From: a bacterium
GTDB taxonomy: Bacteria; Patescibacteriota; Patescibacteriia; Patescibacteriales; UBA12465
DNA length: 64,000 bases
Assembly (NCBI GenBank): GCA_021806615.1
Contig: JAJZRB010000001.1
Location: 10,754-74,753, forward strand
Reading direction: 5' to 3'
Below are positions 39,129 to 49,146 of this stretch, piece after piece; positions within the stretch are counted from its first letter, which is position 1, and every line of letters begins with the position of its first letter. Below the pieces are notes generated by a model. It did no database searches. It was not told the DNA's origin and saw only the letters and a list, made by a program, of their open reading frames with translations. A program made the translations under genes and the position numbers.

Positions 39129-40922
39129 TTAAGCCTTATCTTTTAATTTTATATCGACTATCTTTAACTGCGGTTCGCGGCGTCCGTTAAATTCATTGAC
39201 TTCCAAATAATAGGCCAGATCTATACGGTCGCCGATCTGTAAGTTCTGATATTCCTGGGTGCCGCCGAAAGCGAGGGCCCAGATGGCGCCGCTACGGCTC
39301 TTAGCCGCTTCAAGCGGATCAGCCGGACTGAGGCGCAATTTGATATGCTGCCTGTCGAAACCCATGGTCACGATATCGTCAATGCGCAGATCATAGCTCG
39401 CTAGGCGCGGCTGCGGATTATTCTGGCCATAGGGTGCGAATAAATCCAGCTTTTCCGCCAGCTCTAAATTGAGCATTGAGAAATCTAAAGTGGCTTCTAT
39501 CTTTAATTTTGGCACCAGGGAAACTGATTTCAAGCTGACCGCCGCTAATTCCAAGAGCTTGTCCTGGAAATGCCGCAGATTCTCTTCCCCAATCAAGGAG
39601 AAGCCGCAGGCCATAGGGTGGCCGCCGTATTTATCTAGATAAGGCGCCCCTTCTTCGACAGCGGCGATAAGATTGAATTCTTCTATGGAGCGTCCTGAGC
39701 CTTTGAAAGATATCTTTTTAGGGACTAATTTCTTCGTAACTGGATCAAACTCCGCCTCCTCTATCAAACGAGTGATGATCAAAGTCGGTCGATAATATTT
39801 TTCAGCTATCCGGCCGGCCACTAGGCCGATGACGCCTTCATTCCAGATCTGCTCTGGTCCGGCGACACCGAAAATAACGAGCGGCAGGTTATCAGGATCG
39901 ATCTGCTCTTCTACTTGAGCGCTGATTTCTTCGGTGATCTCCTGACGGCTTATATTGCGGTTGTTAAGTTCAACGGCCAGCTCCTTGGCTTCGTCCGCGT
40001 CCTTGGTAGTCAAAAGCGCGAAAGCGCTATTAGCGTGAGCTAAGCGGCTGGCGGCGTTAAGCCGCGGCCCGATTTGCCAACCGATATTCCAGGCTTGGAG
40101 CGGACGATCGCCGTTGATCTTAGCGATCTTTATCAATTCGCTCAGCCCTAAACGTTTATTCTGATTCAAAACTTTCAAGCCATCCTTGACTAATTGGCGA
40201 TTTTCGCCCAATAGGCTCACCATATCGGCTACAGTACCGACAGCCACTAGATCCAAACACCTCTCGCTGATAAGATTTCTTTGCTTATCACTTAAATTCG
40301 CTTTAGCCAGGAGAGCGCTGACTAATTTGAAAGATACGCCCACGCCGGCCAGATATTTCCAGGGGTAATTATCATGGCGGTCGGAAGGATTTATATAAAG
40401 GCAGGGCGGCAGATCCGTTTCTTGTTCCGGCAAGACATGGTGATCGGTCACGATAATGTCTAGGCCTAATTTTTGAGCGTACTGGACCTCTTCTTTATTC
40501 CTGATACCGTTATCTACCGTAATTATAAGCTTAAAGCCCTGTTCGGCAATCTGATTGATGGCCGCCTTATTCAAGCCATACCCTTCGGAGACACGATCCG
40601 GCAGATAAACTTCGGCCCGGCCGTGCAGGATATTCAAAGTTTCCAGGAGAATGACGGAAGAGGTCACTCCGTCAGCATCATAATCGCCATAAACGACGAT
40701 CTTATCGTTCTGCTTGATGTGACTAATGATGAGATCGACGGCGGCAGCCATATTCTTGAATAAAAAGGGATCATAATAGGGCGCCACGCTGAAAAAAGAG
40801 CGGATAGACGCTTCATCTTCCAGCCCGCGATTATAAAGCAATTGCAGTATGAACGGATCTATATCCGGATGCCTAGCGACAAGATCCGAGCTGATCTTAG
40901 GTTTGATTTGCCATTCTTTCAT
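39129..40922 (-). CDS. recJ: single-stranded-DNA-specific exonuclease RecJ
   Basis: 597-aa ORF with DHH-family motifs VVYGDYDADGVTS, ITVDNG, IVTDHH and GGHPMACG. Confidence 0.9.
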   Translation of the reverse strand: MKEWQIKPKISSDLVARHPDIDPFILQLLYNRGLEDEASIRSFFSVAPYYDPFLFKNMAAAVDLIISHIKQNDKIVVYGDYDADGVTSSVILLETLNILHGRAEVYLPDRVSEGYGLNKAAINQIAEQGFKLIITVDNGIRNKEEVQYAQKLGLDIIVTDHHVLPEQETDLPPCLYINPSDRHDNYPWKYLAGVGVSFKLVSALLAKANLSDKQRNLISERCLDLVAVGTVADMVSLLGENRQLVKDGLKVLNQNKRLGLSELIKIAKINGDRPLQAWNIGWQIGPRLNAASRLAHANSAFALLTTKDADEAKELAVELNNRNISRQEITEEISAQVEEQIDPDNLPLVIFGVAGPEQIWNEGVIGLVAGRIAEKYYRPTLIITRLIEEAEFDPVTKKLVPKKISFKGSGRSIEEFNLIAAVEEGAPYLDKYGGHPMACGFSLIGEENLRHFQDKLLELAAVSLKSVSLVPKLKIEATLDFSMLNLELAEKLDLFAPYGQNNPQPRLASYDLRIDDIVTMGFDRQHIKLRLSPADPLEAAKSRSGAIWALAFGGTQEYQNLQIGDRIDLAYYLEVNEFNGRREPQLKIVDIKLKDKA

Positions 40923-40934
40923 TTAAGCTGGCAG

Positions 40935-41036
40935 TTATTGGATAAAACCAACCATCGCTGTCCAGGCGACCATGGAAATAACGACTAAAAACGAGAGGAT
41001 TATCCATAGGGTCTTGATTACTTTTCTCCTTTTCAT
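40935..41036 (-). CDS. possible small membrane protein (33 aa)
   Basis: Below the ORF-track cutoff. It reads ATG 41036-41034 through TAA 40937-40935 and translates as MKRRKVIKTLWIILSFLVVISMVAWTAMVGFIQ. That gives a basic N-terminus plus one hydrophobic helix. AAGGA lies 5 nt upstream of the ATG. The ORF fills the otherwise empty lepA-recJ gap. Confidence 0.35.
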   Translation of the reverse strand: MKRRKVIKTLWIILSFLVVISMVAWTAMVGFIQ

Positions 41037-41047
41037 AAATTCCTTAT

Positions 41048-42883
41048 TTATCTTTTTAAAATCTTAACAAAAGTATCCGGCGGGATATCGACGCTGCCCT
41101 TGCCGGCCGCCATCATCTTCTTCTTGCCTTTTTTCTGCTTCTCTAACAGCTTGCGCTTCCGGCTCACATCTCCTCCGTAGAGTTTGGCCGTGACGTCTTT
41201 ACGCATCGCCGATAATTTTTCGGCCGCGATAACCTTGCCATAAACAGCCGCCTGGATCTTAACGGCGAACATCTGTTTAGGCAGGTTATCTTTCAGGATG
41301 TCGACTATTTCCCGCCCCTGGCGGTAAGCATCGTCGCGATAAACGATGGTCGCGAGGGATTCCACGATATCTTCCGCTACCAAAATATCCATTTTGACGA
41401 CATCGGCCGGACGATAATCCAGATAGTCATAGTTAATAGAGGCGTAACCGGCCGAGACGCTTTTTATCTTATCATAAAAATCAGTTAAAATCGCCGAGAG
41501 CGGCATCTCGTAATGGAGCAGGACCCGGCTGTCATCGGTCGCCGCTGATAAGTATTCGGTATTCTTATAAAGGCCGCGCTTCTCCTGGGCTAAATTGATG
41601 ATATTGCCTAAATAATTCTTAGGGGTGACGATGTCCAATCTGACCCACGGTTCTTCAATGATAGAAATTTGGGTCGGGTCCGGTAAACGTTGCGGCGTCC
41701 GGATGATTATCTCCTCGCCATTAGACTTCTTCACTTTATAAGCGACGCTCGGCACGGTGACGATGAGATCCAGGTCATATTCCCGACGCAGTCTTTCCTG
41801 GAAAACTTCCAAGTGCAACAGTCCCAGGAATCCGCAACGGAAACCGAAACCTAGGGCATCGGATCGCTCTGGCTCATAAGCTAAGGCGGCATCATTCAAT
41901 TTTAATTTTTCCATCGCTTCGCGCAGCTCCTTGAAATCATTGCCTTCGCGCGGGAAAATGCCGGCGAACACCATGGGACGGACTTCTTTATAACCGGGCA
42001 GAGGCTCTAAGACGTCGGCCCGAGCTACGCCTTGGTTGGCGGTCAATGTGTCTCCGACCCGGCAATCCGCCACGGCTCGAAATCCCGTAATAACATAACC
42101 GATAGCTCCGGTTTTTAATTCTCCGGTGGAAAAATAATCCGGCCGGAATATGCCGCAGTCCAGGATCTCGCTTTCTATGCCGGTGGATAATAGCTTGATC
42201 TTATCGCCTTTTTTCAAGATTCCGTCGAAAACCCGGACGTAAGCGACAACGCCGCGATAAATATCGTATTTAGAATCAAAGATTAAAGCGCGCGGATAGG
42301 CCGCCGCGGCCAAGGACTTATTTTCCCAGGCCGGAGCAAGAGGCGCTCCGCCATGCCTGATGACAGCCTCTAGGATCTCCGCGACGCCGACCCCGGTCTT
42401 TCCGGAAGAAGCGATTATTTCTTCTTCCCGGCAGCCCAAGAGGTCGGCGATTTCCTTCTTCGTCTTTAAAACATCGGCGGCCGGCAAATCGATCTTATTG
42501 ACTACGGGGATGATCGTCAAATTCTGTTCCATAGCCAGATATAAGTTAGCCAGGGTCTGGGCTTGTATGCCTTGGGTGGAATCAACTAAAAGCACGGCGG
42601 TCTCTACCGCCGCTAAAGAACGGGAAACTTCATAAGAAAAATCTACGTGGCCGGGAGTATCTATGAGATTCAGCTGATATCCATGATAATCCATGGTTAC
42701 CGGCTGTAATTTGATGGTAATGCCTCGTTCCCTTTCAATATCCATACCGTCTAAAAGCTGCTCTTTCATCTTGCGCTTCTCTACGGTATTGGTAATTTCC
42801 AGCATCCGATCGGCCAAAGTTGATTTGCCGTGATCAATGTGGGCGATAATGCAGAAATTTCTGATTTTATTTAAGTCGGACAT
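41048..42883 (-). CDS. lepA: elongation factor 4 (LepA)
   Basis: 611-aa ORF with IRNFCIIAHIDHGKSTLADR and DTPGHVDF G-domain motifs, plus a LepA-type C-terminus. Confidence 0.96.
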   Translation of the reverse strand: MSDLNKIRNFCIIAHIDHGKSTLADRMLEITNTVEKRKMKEQLLDGMDIERERGITIKLQPVTMDYHGYQLNLIDTPGHVDFSYEVSRSLAAVETAVLLVDSTQGIQAQTLANLYLAMEQNLTIIPVVNKIDLPAADVLKTKKEIADLLGCREEEIIASSGKTGVGVAEILEAVIRHGGAPLAPAWENKSLAAAAYPRALIFDSKYDIYRGVVAYVRVFDGILKKGDKIKLLSTGIESEILDCGIFRPDYFSTGELKTGAIGYVITGFRAVADCRVGDTLTANQGVARADVLEPLPGYKEVRPMVFAGIFPREGNDFKELREAMEKLKLNDAALAYEPERSDALGFGFRCGFLGLLHLEVFQERLRREYDLDLIVTVPSVAYKVKKSNGEEIIIRTPQRLPDPTQISIIEEPWVRLDIVTPKNYLGNIINLAQEKRGLYKNTEYLSAATDDSRVLLHYEMPLSAILTDFYDKIKSVSAGYASINYDYLDYRPADVVKMDILVAEDIVESLATIVYRDDAYRQGREIVDILKDNLPKQMFAVKIQAAVYGKVIAAEKLSAMRKDVTAKLYGGDVSRKRKLLEKQKKGKKKMMAAGKGSVDIPPDTFVKILKR

Positions 42884-42930
42884 AAATATAATTGGCAGGA
42901 TTATCTATTCTAGCAGAATCCTTAATTTTA

Positions 42931-44592
42931 TCAAACCCCCCGCGCTTCTCCCTGATCGTCTGTCTGGACCTTTTTAAACGGGTGGCGCCAGCCCAGAACA
43001 GCTACGAAGCCGAAAAATTCTTCGCTCTTCAGCAAATAGCAAAATAAAGCATAAACCAGAATGCCGGCAGCCGACCCGGCTAAAAGCTGGATGAAGACGC
43101 CGCTGAATTTAGTCATGTCAATATAAGGCCAGACCAGGACTTTCATGATCTGCGCCGCGCCGCCCGCGGCTAAAGCGGCTAATAAGAACTTAGCAACCGA
43201 CCTAGTAATGCGGCCCAGATCCAAATTGCCGATTTTCAAAGATAGCCAGATCCAAAGCAATAGGAAATTCAAGACATTATCGATAGAAAAAGCCAGGGCG
43301 AGGCCGGTTACTCCCATCCGAGGAGCCAGCCATAAAGCTAAGGCCGTATTGACCGCGACTGTGAATAGCCCGATATAAAAAGGGGTCGCGGAATTATGCC
43401 GGGCATAGAATACGCGGACTAGAAGAGGGATAGTAGCCTGGGCGAAAAGGCTGAGAGCGAAGAAGCCCAGAGTGTTCATAGTCAAAATAGTGTCTTGCCA
43501 GTCGAATCTTCCCGTCCCTAAGACTACCCGGATAATCTGCGCACGAAGCGCGACGATAAGGACTGTCGCGGGAATGATAAAAAACAGAATCTGCCTGAAA
43601 CTCTGGGAAAAATTAGCCGTTAATTTTTCTTTATCGAAAGCCGCGGCCGAAAGCGACGGGAAAGCGGCAATAGCGAAAGATATTCCAAAAATGCCGATAG
43701 GAAAAGATTGCAAATTATTGGCAAAGTTGAAGATAGCCAGCGATCCGCCGGCCAGGCCGGAAGCCAAGGCGGTCACTACGACCAGATTGATCTGGGAAAT
43801 AGCCAGGCTTAAGGTCCGCGGGACCATCATCTGGCCGATCTTCCTGGTCTGCGGATCACGGCGGCGTATCCTGAATTGATATTTAAAGCCTAAACGGCTG
43901 ACCATCGGAATCTGGACGGCCATATGCATGAAAGCTCCTAAAACCACGCCCCAGGCTAGACCATAGACTCCCCACCAATTCACGAAGAATAAAGCGCCAA
44001 TAATTATCCCTAAATTATAAAAGACCGGGGCAAGAGAATAAACGACAAAACGCTTGAAAGATTGGAGTACCCCCCCCAGGATTCCGGAAATACCTAAAAA
44101 AATAGGCGATAAAAACATTATCCGGGTCAAAGCGGCGGTCGCCGCTTGTTCGGACGGCCCGAAACCGGGCGTAATCAGGCGCGTCAGAGCGGGCGCAAAG
44201 ATAATGCCGAGAAGGGATAAAAGCCCTAAACCTATAAATAGATAATTCAGAACATTGCTGGCCAAGCTCCATGCTTCTTTATTCTGCAAAGCAGGATCGC
44301 ATCCTTGCCCTCTTTCACAGGCGAAATCTTTAATCAAAGAAGTAAAAATCGGGATAAAACCAGAAGACAGGGCCCCCAGGACGATAAGATTATAGACTAA
44401 ATCCGGTACTCTGAAAGCCGCATAATAGACGTCTAGGGTCGTGCCGGCGCCAAAGCTTCCGGCCAAGATCCTGTCCCGCACTACGCCTAAGAATCGTGAA
44501 GCGAGGGATGATAAGGCTACCAGAGCGGCGGCGGCGGTAATGCTGTTTATCTGCCTTTTTAAAATGTCTTTAAATTTCGCCAACATAATCAT
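42931..44592 (-). CDS. murJ: lipid II flippase MurJ/MviN family
   Basis: 553-aa polytopic ORF with the N-terminal pattern LSRFLGVVRDRILAGSFGAG...DVYYAAFRVPDLVYNL typical of MurJ. The start overlaps the upstream stop (TAATG). Confidence 0.85.
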   Translation of the reverse strand: MIMLAKFKDILKRQINSITAAAALVALSSLASRFLGVVRDRILAGSFGAGTTLDVYYAAFRVPDLVYNLIVLGALSSGFIPIFTSLIKDFACERGQGCDPALQNKEAWSLASNVLNYLFIGLGLLSLLGIIFAPALTRLITPGFGPSEQAATAALTRIMFLSPIFLGISGILGGVLQSFKRFVVYSLAPVFYNLGIIIGALFFVNWWGVYGLAWGVVLGAFMHMAVQIPMVSRLGFKYQFRIRRRDPQTRKIGQMMVPRTLSLAISQINLVVVTALASGLAGGSLAIFNFANNLQSFPIGIFGISFAIAAFPSLSAAAFDKEKLTANFSQSFRQILFFIIPATVLIVALRAQIIRVVLGTGRFDWQDTILTMNTLGFFALSLFAQATIPLLVRVFYARHNSATPFYIGLFTVAVNTALALWLAPRMGVTGLALAFSIDNVLNFLLLWIWLSLKIGNLDLGRITRSVAKFLLAALAAGGAAQIMKVLVWPYIDMTKFSGVFIQLLAGSAAGILVYALFCYLLKSEEFFGFVAVLGWRHPFKKVQTDDQGEARGV

Positions 44593-46163
44593 TATAATTT
44601 TTTTAAGAGAGTCAGCCGATCATAGGCCTCTTGATAAAGCGGATTGACGCGCAGCGTCTCCAGCCAGAACTGGGCGGCTTCAGAGTATTTCTTCTCCCGA
44701 TAGAATAAATCGCCCAAATTGAACAGGGCCTTATCATAACGCGGATTCAACGATAACTCATTACGGAATTCCTGTTCGGCTTGACGATAGTCTCCCTGGG
44801 CTAGATAAATGACGCCTAGATTATTATGGACCATGGCCTCTTGCGCATTCAAGGCCAAAGCGTTCTGATAATAAATTTCGGCCTCAGAAAAATTACCGTC
44901 TAGATAATACATGGTGCCCAGATTCTTCTCTACGAGAGGAGAATGGGGCGAACTGCTAGCGGCTGCTTGCCAGAAAACCAGGCGGTTCCGGAAATCAGCG
45001 CTATGCCGCCAAGCTAGAAGCGCCAGGAAGATCAAAAGGGCGGCGGTTATTATCTTAACATTTTTCCGCTTAAAGTCTAAATCCTTGATCCAATCGATTT
45101 CCGCTAAAAAGAGCAAGAAACCGATGAAAGATAAATACAAGCGATGTTCTAAAAAATCCGGCAAGCCATTTATCCTGATAAACGAGGGGGCAAGGAACAG
45201 GAAAAACCAGAATAGGCTGAAAATTATATATTTATTACGCTTGGTGCGAGAAAAAACCCAAGCCAGGATAAATAAGGGGAGAGCGAATAAGCCATAGATC
45301 AGTCGGGAGTCAGCCAAAATCGGAAAAACCGACAAATTAAAAGGAAATAATAACTTTCCTAAATAAACTAAAAAGGCCGGTGAATTATGGATGATCTGCT
45401 CTAAAGCGGCGTTAGCTTGAGTCGTTTCTCCGCCAAGAGCGAAATGCCGCATCAAGAACCAAAAAAATCCGACCAAAACAGAACCGGCTACTATAAGCCA
45501 GCGGTCGGAAACCAGGACTTTCCGCGGCTCTAGGACAAGAAAATAAAAAAATATCATGAGCGGGAAGAAAATCGCCGTTTCTTTAGTCAGAAGAGCCAAG
45601 AATAGAAAAAACAAGTAAGCGATATACGACCGCAGGCGCGGCTGATCAGTAAAAGTCAAAAAAGATAGGAAGGACGCAAGAATAAAAACCGCTAGAAGCG
45701 AGTCATTCCGCCCCGGTATCCAGGCAACGGCCTGGGACAGGACAGGGTGGACCAAAAATAATAAAGAAAAAGAAAAGGCGAGAGGACGCGACGGCTGCCA
45801 CCGTGAAAATAAAGAAAAAACCAAGCCAGCCGCTAAGATATGGAGCAGGATATTAGTAAGATGAAAAATAACGGGCAGAGATCCGGCGATAGCCGCGTCG
45901 CTCATGAAAGATAAATTCAAAATAGGCCGATAATAGAATTTATCCGGAGAGAAAAAAACATCATTCTTAAAGAGAGCCCCCACGTTCTGGAGGTTGCTGA
46001 TGATTGGATAATTATCCAGGATTAGAGCATTATCATCTAAATAAGTAAAATTGAAAAAAAGAGTCTGGCTGTAAAGCAGAAATCCCAGGGCAAAAATAAT
46101 AAAATAAGGCCGCCAGCCGCGGAGAAACTCCAGATTATTTGCTTCTTTCCTTAGATCATTCAT
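44592..46163 (-). CDS. GT-C-fold membrane glycosyltransferase with C-terminal TPR repeats (PMT/TMTC-like)
   Basis: 523-aa ORF with about 10 hydrophobic segments. An acidic first-loop motif FNFTYLDDNALILDN is present. The C-terminal ~130 aa are TPR-like (AEIYYQNALALN..., AEQEFRNELSLNP..., AAQFWLETLRVNP...). Confidence 0.7.
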   Translation of the reverse strand: MNDLRKEANNLEFLRGWRPYFIIFALGFLLYSQTLFFNFTYLDDNALILDNYPIISNLQNVGALFKNDVFFSPDKFYYRPILNLSFMSDAAIAGSLPVIFHLTNILLHILAAGLVFSLFSRWQPSRPLAFSFSLLFLVHPVLSQAVAWIPGRNDSLLAVFILASFLSFLTFTDQPRLRSYIAYLFFLFLALLTKETAIFFPLMIFFYFLVLEPRKVLVSDRWLIVAGSVLVGFFWFLMRHFALGGETTQANAALEQIIHNSPAFLVYLGKLLFPFNLSVFPILADSRLIYGLFALPLFILAWVFSRTKRNKYIIFSLFWFFLFLAPSFIRINGLPDFLEHRLYLSFIGFLLFLAEIDWIKDLDFKRKNVKIITAALLIFLALLAWRHSADFRNRLVFWQAAASSSPHSPLVEKNLGTMYYLDGNFSEAEIYYQNALALNAQEAMVHNNLGVIYLAQGDYRQAEQEFRNELSLNPRYDKALFNLGDLFYREKKYSEAAQFWLETLRVNPLYQEAYDRLTLLKKL

Positions 46164-46187
46164 ATCATGTCAAAATATGATTCTTTC

Positions 46188-46901
46188 CTATTTCCGAACG
46201 CCGAATAAATATTTCAAAGCGGTCATGAGCGTTCCCCAACCATAGCGCCAGCTCCGCCAAAAATTGATTGATGAAGCCTCTTTGAAATAACGGACCGGCG
46301 CCGGAATCTCGCCGATCCGATAATGGCGGGCGACGATCTGGAATAGGACTTGGCTGTCAAAAACGAAGTCATCGGAATTGGCTTGCCAATCGATGCTCTC
46401 CAAGACTTCCCTCTTATAGGCGCGCATGCCGGTATGCCACTCTGACAAATTTTGTCCGCTCACCAGATTTTCCAGGATAGATAAGGCCCGATTAGCTAGA
46501 TATTTATAAAGCGGCATGCCGCCGGCTAAAGCTTCACGGCGGCTGCGTATCCGCGTGCCGAGCATCACGTCGAAATAATCATCAGCGATGAATTCGGCGA
46601 AATACTTCACCAGCTTCGGATCGTATTGATAATCAGGGTGGATCATGACGATGATATCGGCTCCGTGTTCCAAGGCGAGGCGGTAGCAAGTCTTCTGATT
46701 GGCGCCATAACCGCCGTTCCTGTCGCGCGCAAAGACGAATAATCCTAGGCGGCGAGCTAAAGCGACCGTTTCGTCATCGCTCTTATCGTCGACGAGGATT
46801 ATTTCGTCCACTGTATCCGGCAAGTCATCAACCGTCCGCTCTAAAGTCTGGACGGCATTATAAGCCGGTAAAACGACGATTATTTTTTGTCCATTATACA
46901 T
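46188..46901 (-). CDS. family 2 glycosyltransferase (polyprenol-phosphate sugar synthase-like)
   Basis: 237-aa ORF with IIVVLPAYNAVQTLERTV and EIILVDDKSDDET (the GT2 DxD region). Confidence 0.85.
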   Translation of the reverse strand: MYNGQKIIVVLPAYNAVQTLERTVDDLPDTVDEIILVDDKSDDETVALARRLGLFVFARDRNGGYGANQKTCYRLALEHGADIIVMIHPDYQYDPKLVKYFAEFIADDYFDVMLGTRIRSRREALAGGMPLYKYLANRALSILENLVSGQNLSEWHTGMRAYKREVLESIDWQANSDDFVFDSQVLFQIVARHYRIGEIPAPVRYFKEASSINFWRSWRYGWGTLMTALKYLFGVRK

Positions 46902-46907
46902 AAATAT

Positions 46908-48893
46908 CTAGAGGATGATGCGCACGTCTCCGGCCGCCACTCCTTTTTCAAAGACAAATAAAGGGTTGATGTCCAGCTCGGAAATCTCCGGGTGTTCATT
47001 GGCTAATCTCGCCAGATTGGTAAGTGCCCGCGCTAAAGCTTTGAGATCGAATCTTTTCTGCTGGCGGGCGCCGTTTAAAATAGGATAAATATTCAAACGG
47101 GCGATGAGACGAGAGGCTTCGGCCAGATTCAGATCGCTGACAGCCAGCTGGAAATCCTTGAAGACCTCCGTATAAATGCCTCCCTGGCCGACCATGAGGA
47201 TCGGCCCGAAACTGGCATCGCGCTTAAATCCCAGGATGATCTCCTGGAAATGGGAGGCTTGTTCCTGGACTACTAGATAATTTTCCTTCCGCCTGAAAGC
47301 TCTGCGGTTCTTCCGGCGGAGGCGCTCGGCGGCGGCGCGCAATTCCAGGGCGTTATGCAAATTTATGACTACGCCGCCGGTATCCGTCTTATGCAAGAAA
47401 TCAGGCCCGACCGTCTTTAAGACAGCGGGATATCTATAAGCCTTGAGGCGCGCTTCGTCATAACGGGAAATCTTGGCCACCGGAATCTTATACTGCTGCA
47501 AAAGGCGGAAAGATGACAGATAATCTTCGTCGGCCTTCTTGGTTTTGATCTTAGTCCGCGGCGCCGTGTAGGGCCTGATGGAAACCAGGGTTTTCTTATA
47601 CGCGATAAGCTTCTTGAAGCTTCGCACCGCTTCTTCCGGATAATCAAAGGACGGGATATTGTTCTGAGCGAAAAGCGCACGGGCCGACCCGACTTCTTTG
47701 CCTCCGACAAAGCTCGCCATGATCAATTTATGCGGATATCTTTTAGCCGCGGCGACGACGGCTCTCGCGGTAGCCAGCGGCTCAGTGGAGGTCTGGGGCG
47801 TCAATAGGACTAGCAGATTATTGACTTTCTTATCGGCTAAAGTCTTGGCGAGGGCGGCCTGATAGCGAGCCGCGTCAGCATCGCCTAAAAGATCCTGGCT
47901 ATTGCCTAGGGGCAATTTTTGGCGGCAGATCTCATCCACCGTCAAAACCGCCACGCCGCCGGCATTAGTCATGACATATAATTCCTGCGGACCGGGGTTA
48001 TGCCAAGATTCTTTTTTAAACAGCAAGATCAAATTAAAAAGGTCCTCTAAATTATCCAACCAGATCGCTCCAGCCCTTTCTATGCCGACTCTGACTGCCG
48101 CGGATGATCCGGCTAAAGATCCGGTGTGCGATTTAGCCAGGGCGCCTCCGGCGACGCTCGTGCCGGCTTTCAAGACCGCCACCGGCTTATGCTTGACGAG
48201 ACGGGAGACTATCTCCATGAATCGCCGGCCGTCTTTTATCTCCTCTAAATAAGCGACGACGACATCAATTCTCTTATCTTGAGCCAAATACGATAAGATC
48301 TGATTCTCATCTATGACGGCCTTGTTGCCTAAACTGATAAAATAGCCGAAGTTGAAATCCTTGACTTTAAGCCAATCCAGAGCCGCCGAACCGATAGCTC
48401 CCGACTGCGATAAGAGAGCGCTGTTTCCCGTTTCCTTATCAGCAGCCGCAAAAGTCGCGTTCATCTTATGCCAGGTGTTGATAAGCCCGAGACAATTCGG
48501 CCCTAAAATATGCAGATGATGTCGAGCGGCCAGGCGCGAGATCTCCTCTTCTATTTTTATCCCTTCACCGCCATTTTCTTTAAAGCCGGCGGTAATGATG
48601 ATGATATTCTTTATCCCTAGAGCGCCGCATTTCTTGATTTCCGCCAAGACAAAAGGCGCCGGAATGGCAATGATGGCCAAGAGGCCGGCGCGGCTTGACC
48701 GCGGCAGGCTATCTAAGCTGGAATAAGCTGGCAAGCCGGCGACTTTTTTCTCTTTTAAGTTGACGGGGTAGACCGGACCGGCGAAACCGCCCGCCAGTAC
48801 ATTATCCAGGATCTGCCGGCCTAATTTCTTGGGGTTGCGTGAGGCGCCGACGACGGCAATCGCGCGTGGATTGAAAAAATATTGTAAAGACAT
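46908..48893 (-). CDS. acetate--CoA ligase (ADP-forming), fused alpha/beta
   Basis: 661-aa ORF with the CoA-binding N-terminus FFNPRAIAVVGASRNPKKLG, the phosphohistidine loop KSHTGSLAGS and a C-terminal ATP-grasp-like part. Confidence 0.88.
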   Translation of the reverse strand: MSLQYFFNPRAIAVVGASRNPKKLGRQILDNVLAGGFAGPVYPVNLKEKKVAGLPAYSSLDSLPRSSRAGLLAIIAIPAPFVLAEIKKCGALGIKNIIIITAGFKENGGEGIKIEEEISRLAARHHLHILGPNCLGLINTWHKMNATFAAADKETGNSALLSQSGAIGSAALDWLKVKDFNFGYFISLGNKAVIDENQILSYLAQDKRIDVVVAYLEEIKDGRRFMEIVSRLVKHKPVAVLKAGTSVAGGALAKSHTGSLAGSSAAVRVGIERAGAIWLDNLEDLFNLILLFKKESWHNPGPQELYVMTNAGGVAVLTVDEICRQKLPLGNSQDLLGDADAARYQAALAKTLADKKVNNLLVLLTPQTSTEPLATARAVVAAAKRYPHKLIMASFVGGKEVGSARALFAQNNIPSFDYPEEAVRSFKKLIAYKKTLVSIRPYTAPRTKIKTKKADEDYLSSFRLLQQYKIPVAKISRYDEARLKAYRYPAVLKTVGPDFLHKTDTGGVVINLHNALELRAAAERLRRKNRRAFRRKENYLVVQEQASHFQEIILGFKRDASFGPILMVGQGGIYTEVFKDFQLAVSDLNLAEASRLIARLNIYPILNGARQQKRFDLKALARALTNLARLANEHPEISELDINPLFVFEKGVAAGDVRIIL

Positions 48894-48918
48894 AGTATTG
48901 ACGCCGTAGCGTTGTAAA

Positions 48919-49137
48919 TTATTTTTTAATGAATAGGCTCAAGCCCGATATCAGCCAGAGGGTGAAAAGCCAGTTCAGATTGAAATAAGCCAGAATAATA
49001 TTAGGCCAGATTATTTCCAAAATGATAGCTAGCCCGGCCAGGACGGAAATAAAATAAAATATTTCTCTTGTGACTATCTGCTTTGTGGTCATAGATTTTC
49101 CATCATAGCCAAAGGCATAATGCTCGGCTATTTCCAT
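48919..49137 (-). CDS. small membrane protein (2 TM)
   Basis: 72-aa ORF starting at ATG. Hydrophobic segments are IFYFISVLAGLAIILEIIW and WLFTLWLISGLSLF. Confidence 0.5.
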   Translation of the reverse strand: MEIAEHYAFGYDGKSMTTKQIVTREIFYFISVLAGLAIILEIIWPNIILAYFNLNWLFTLWLISGLSLFIKK

Positions 49138-49146
49138 TCTTTTATA

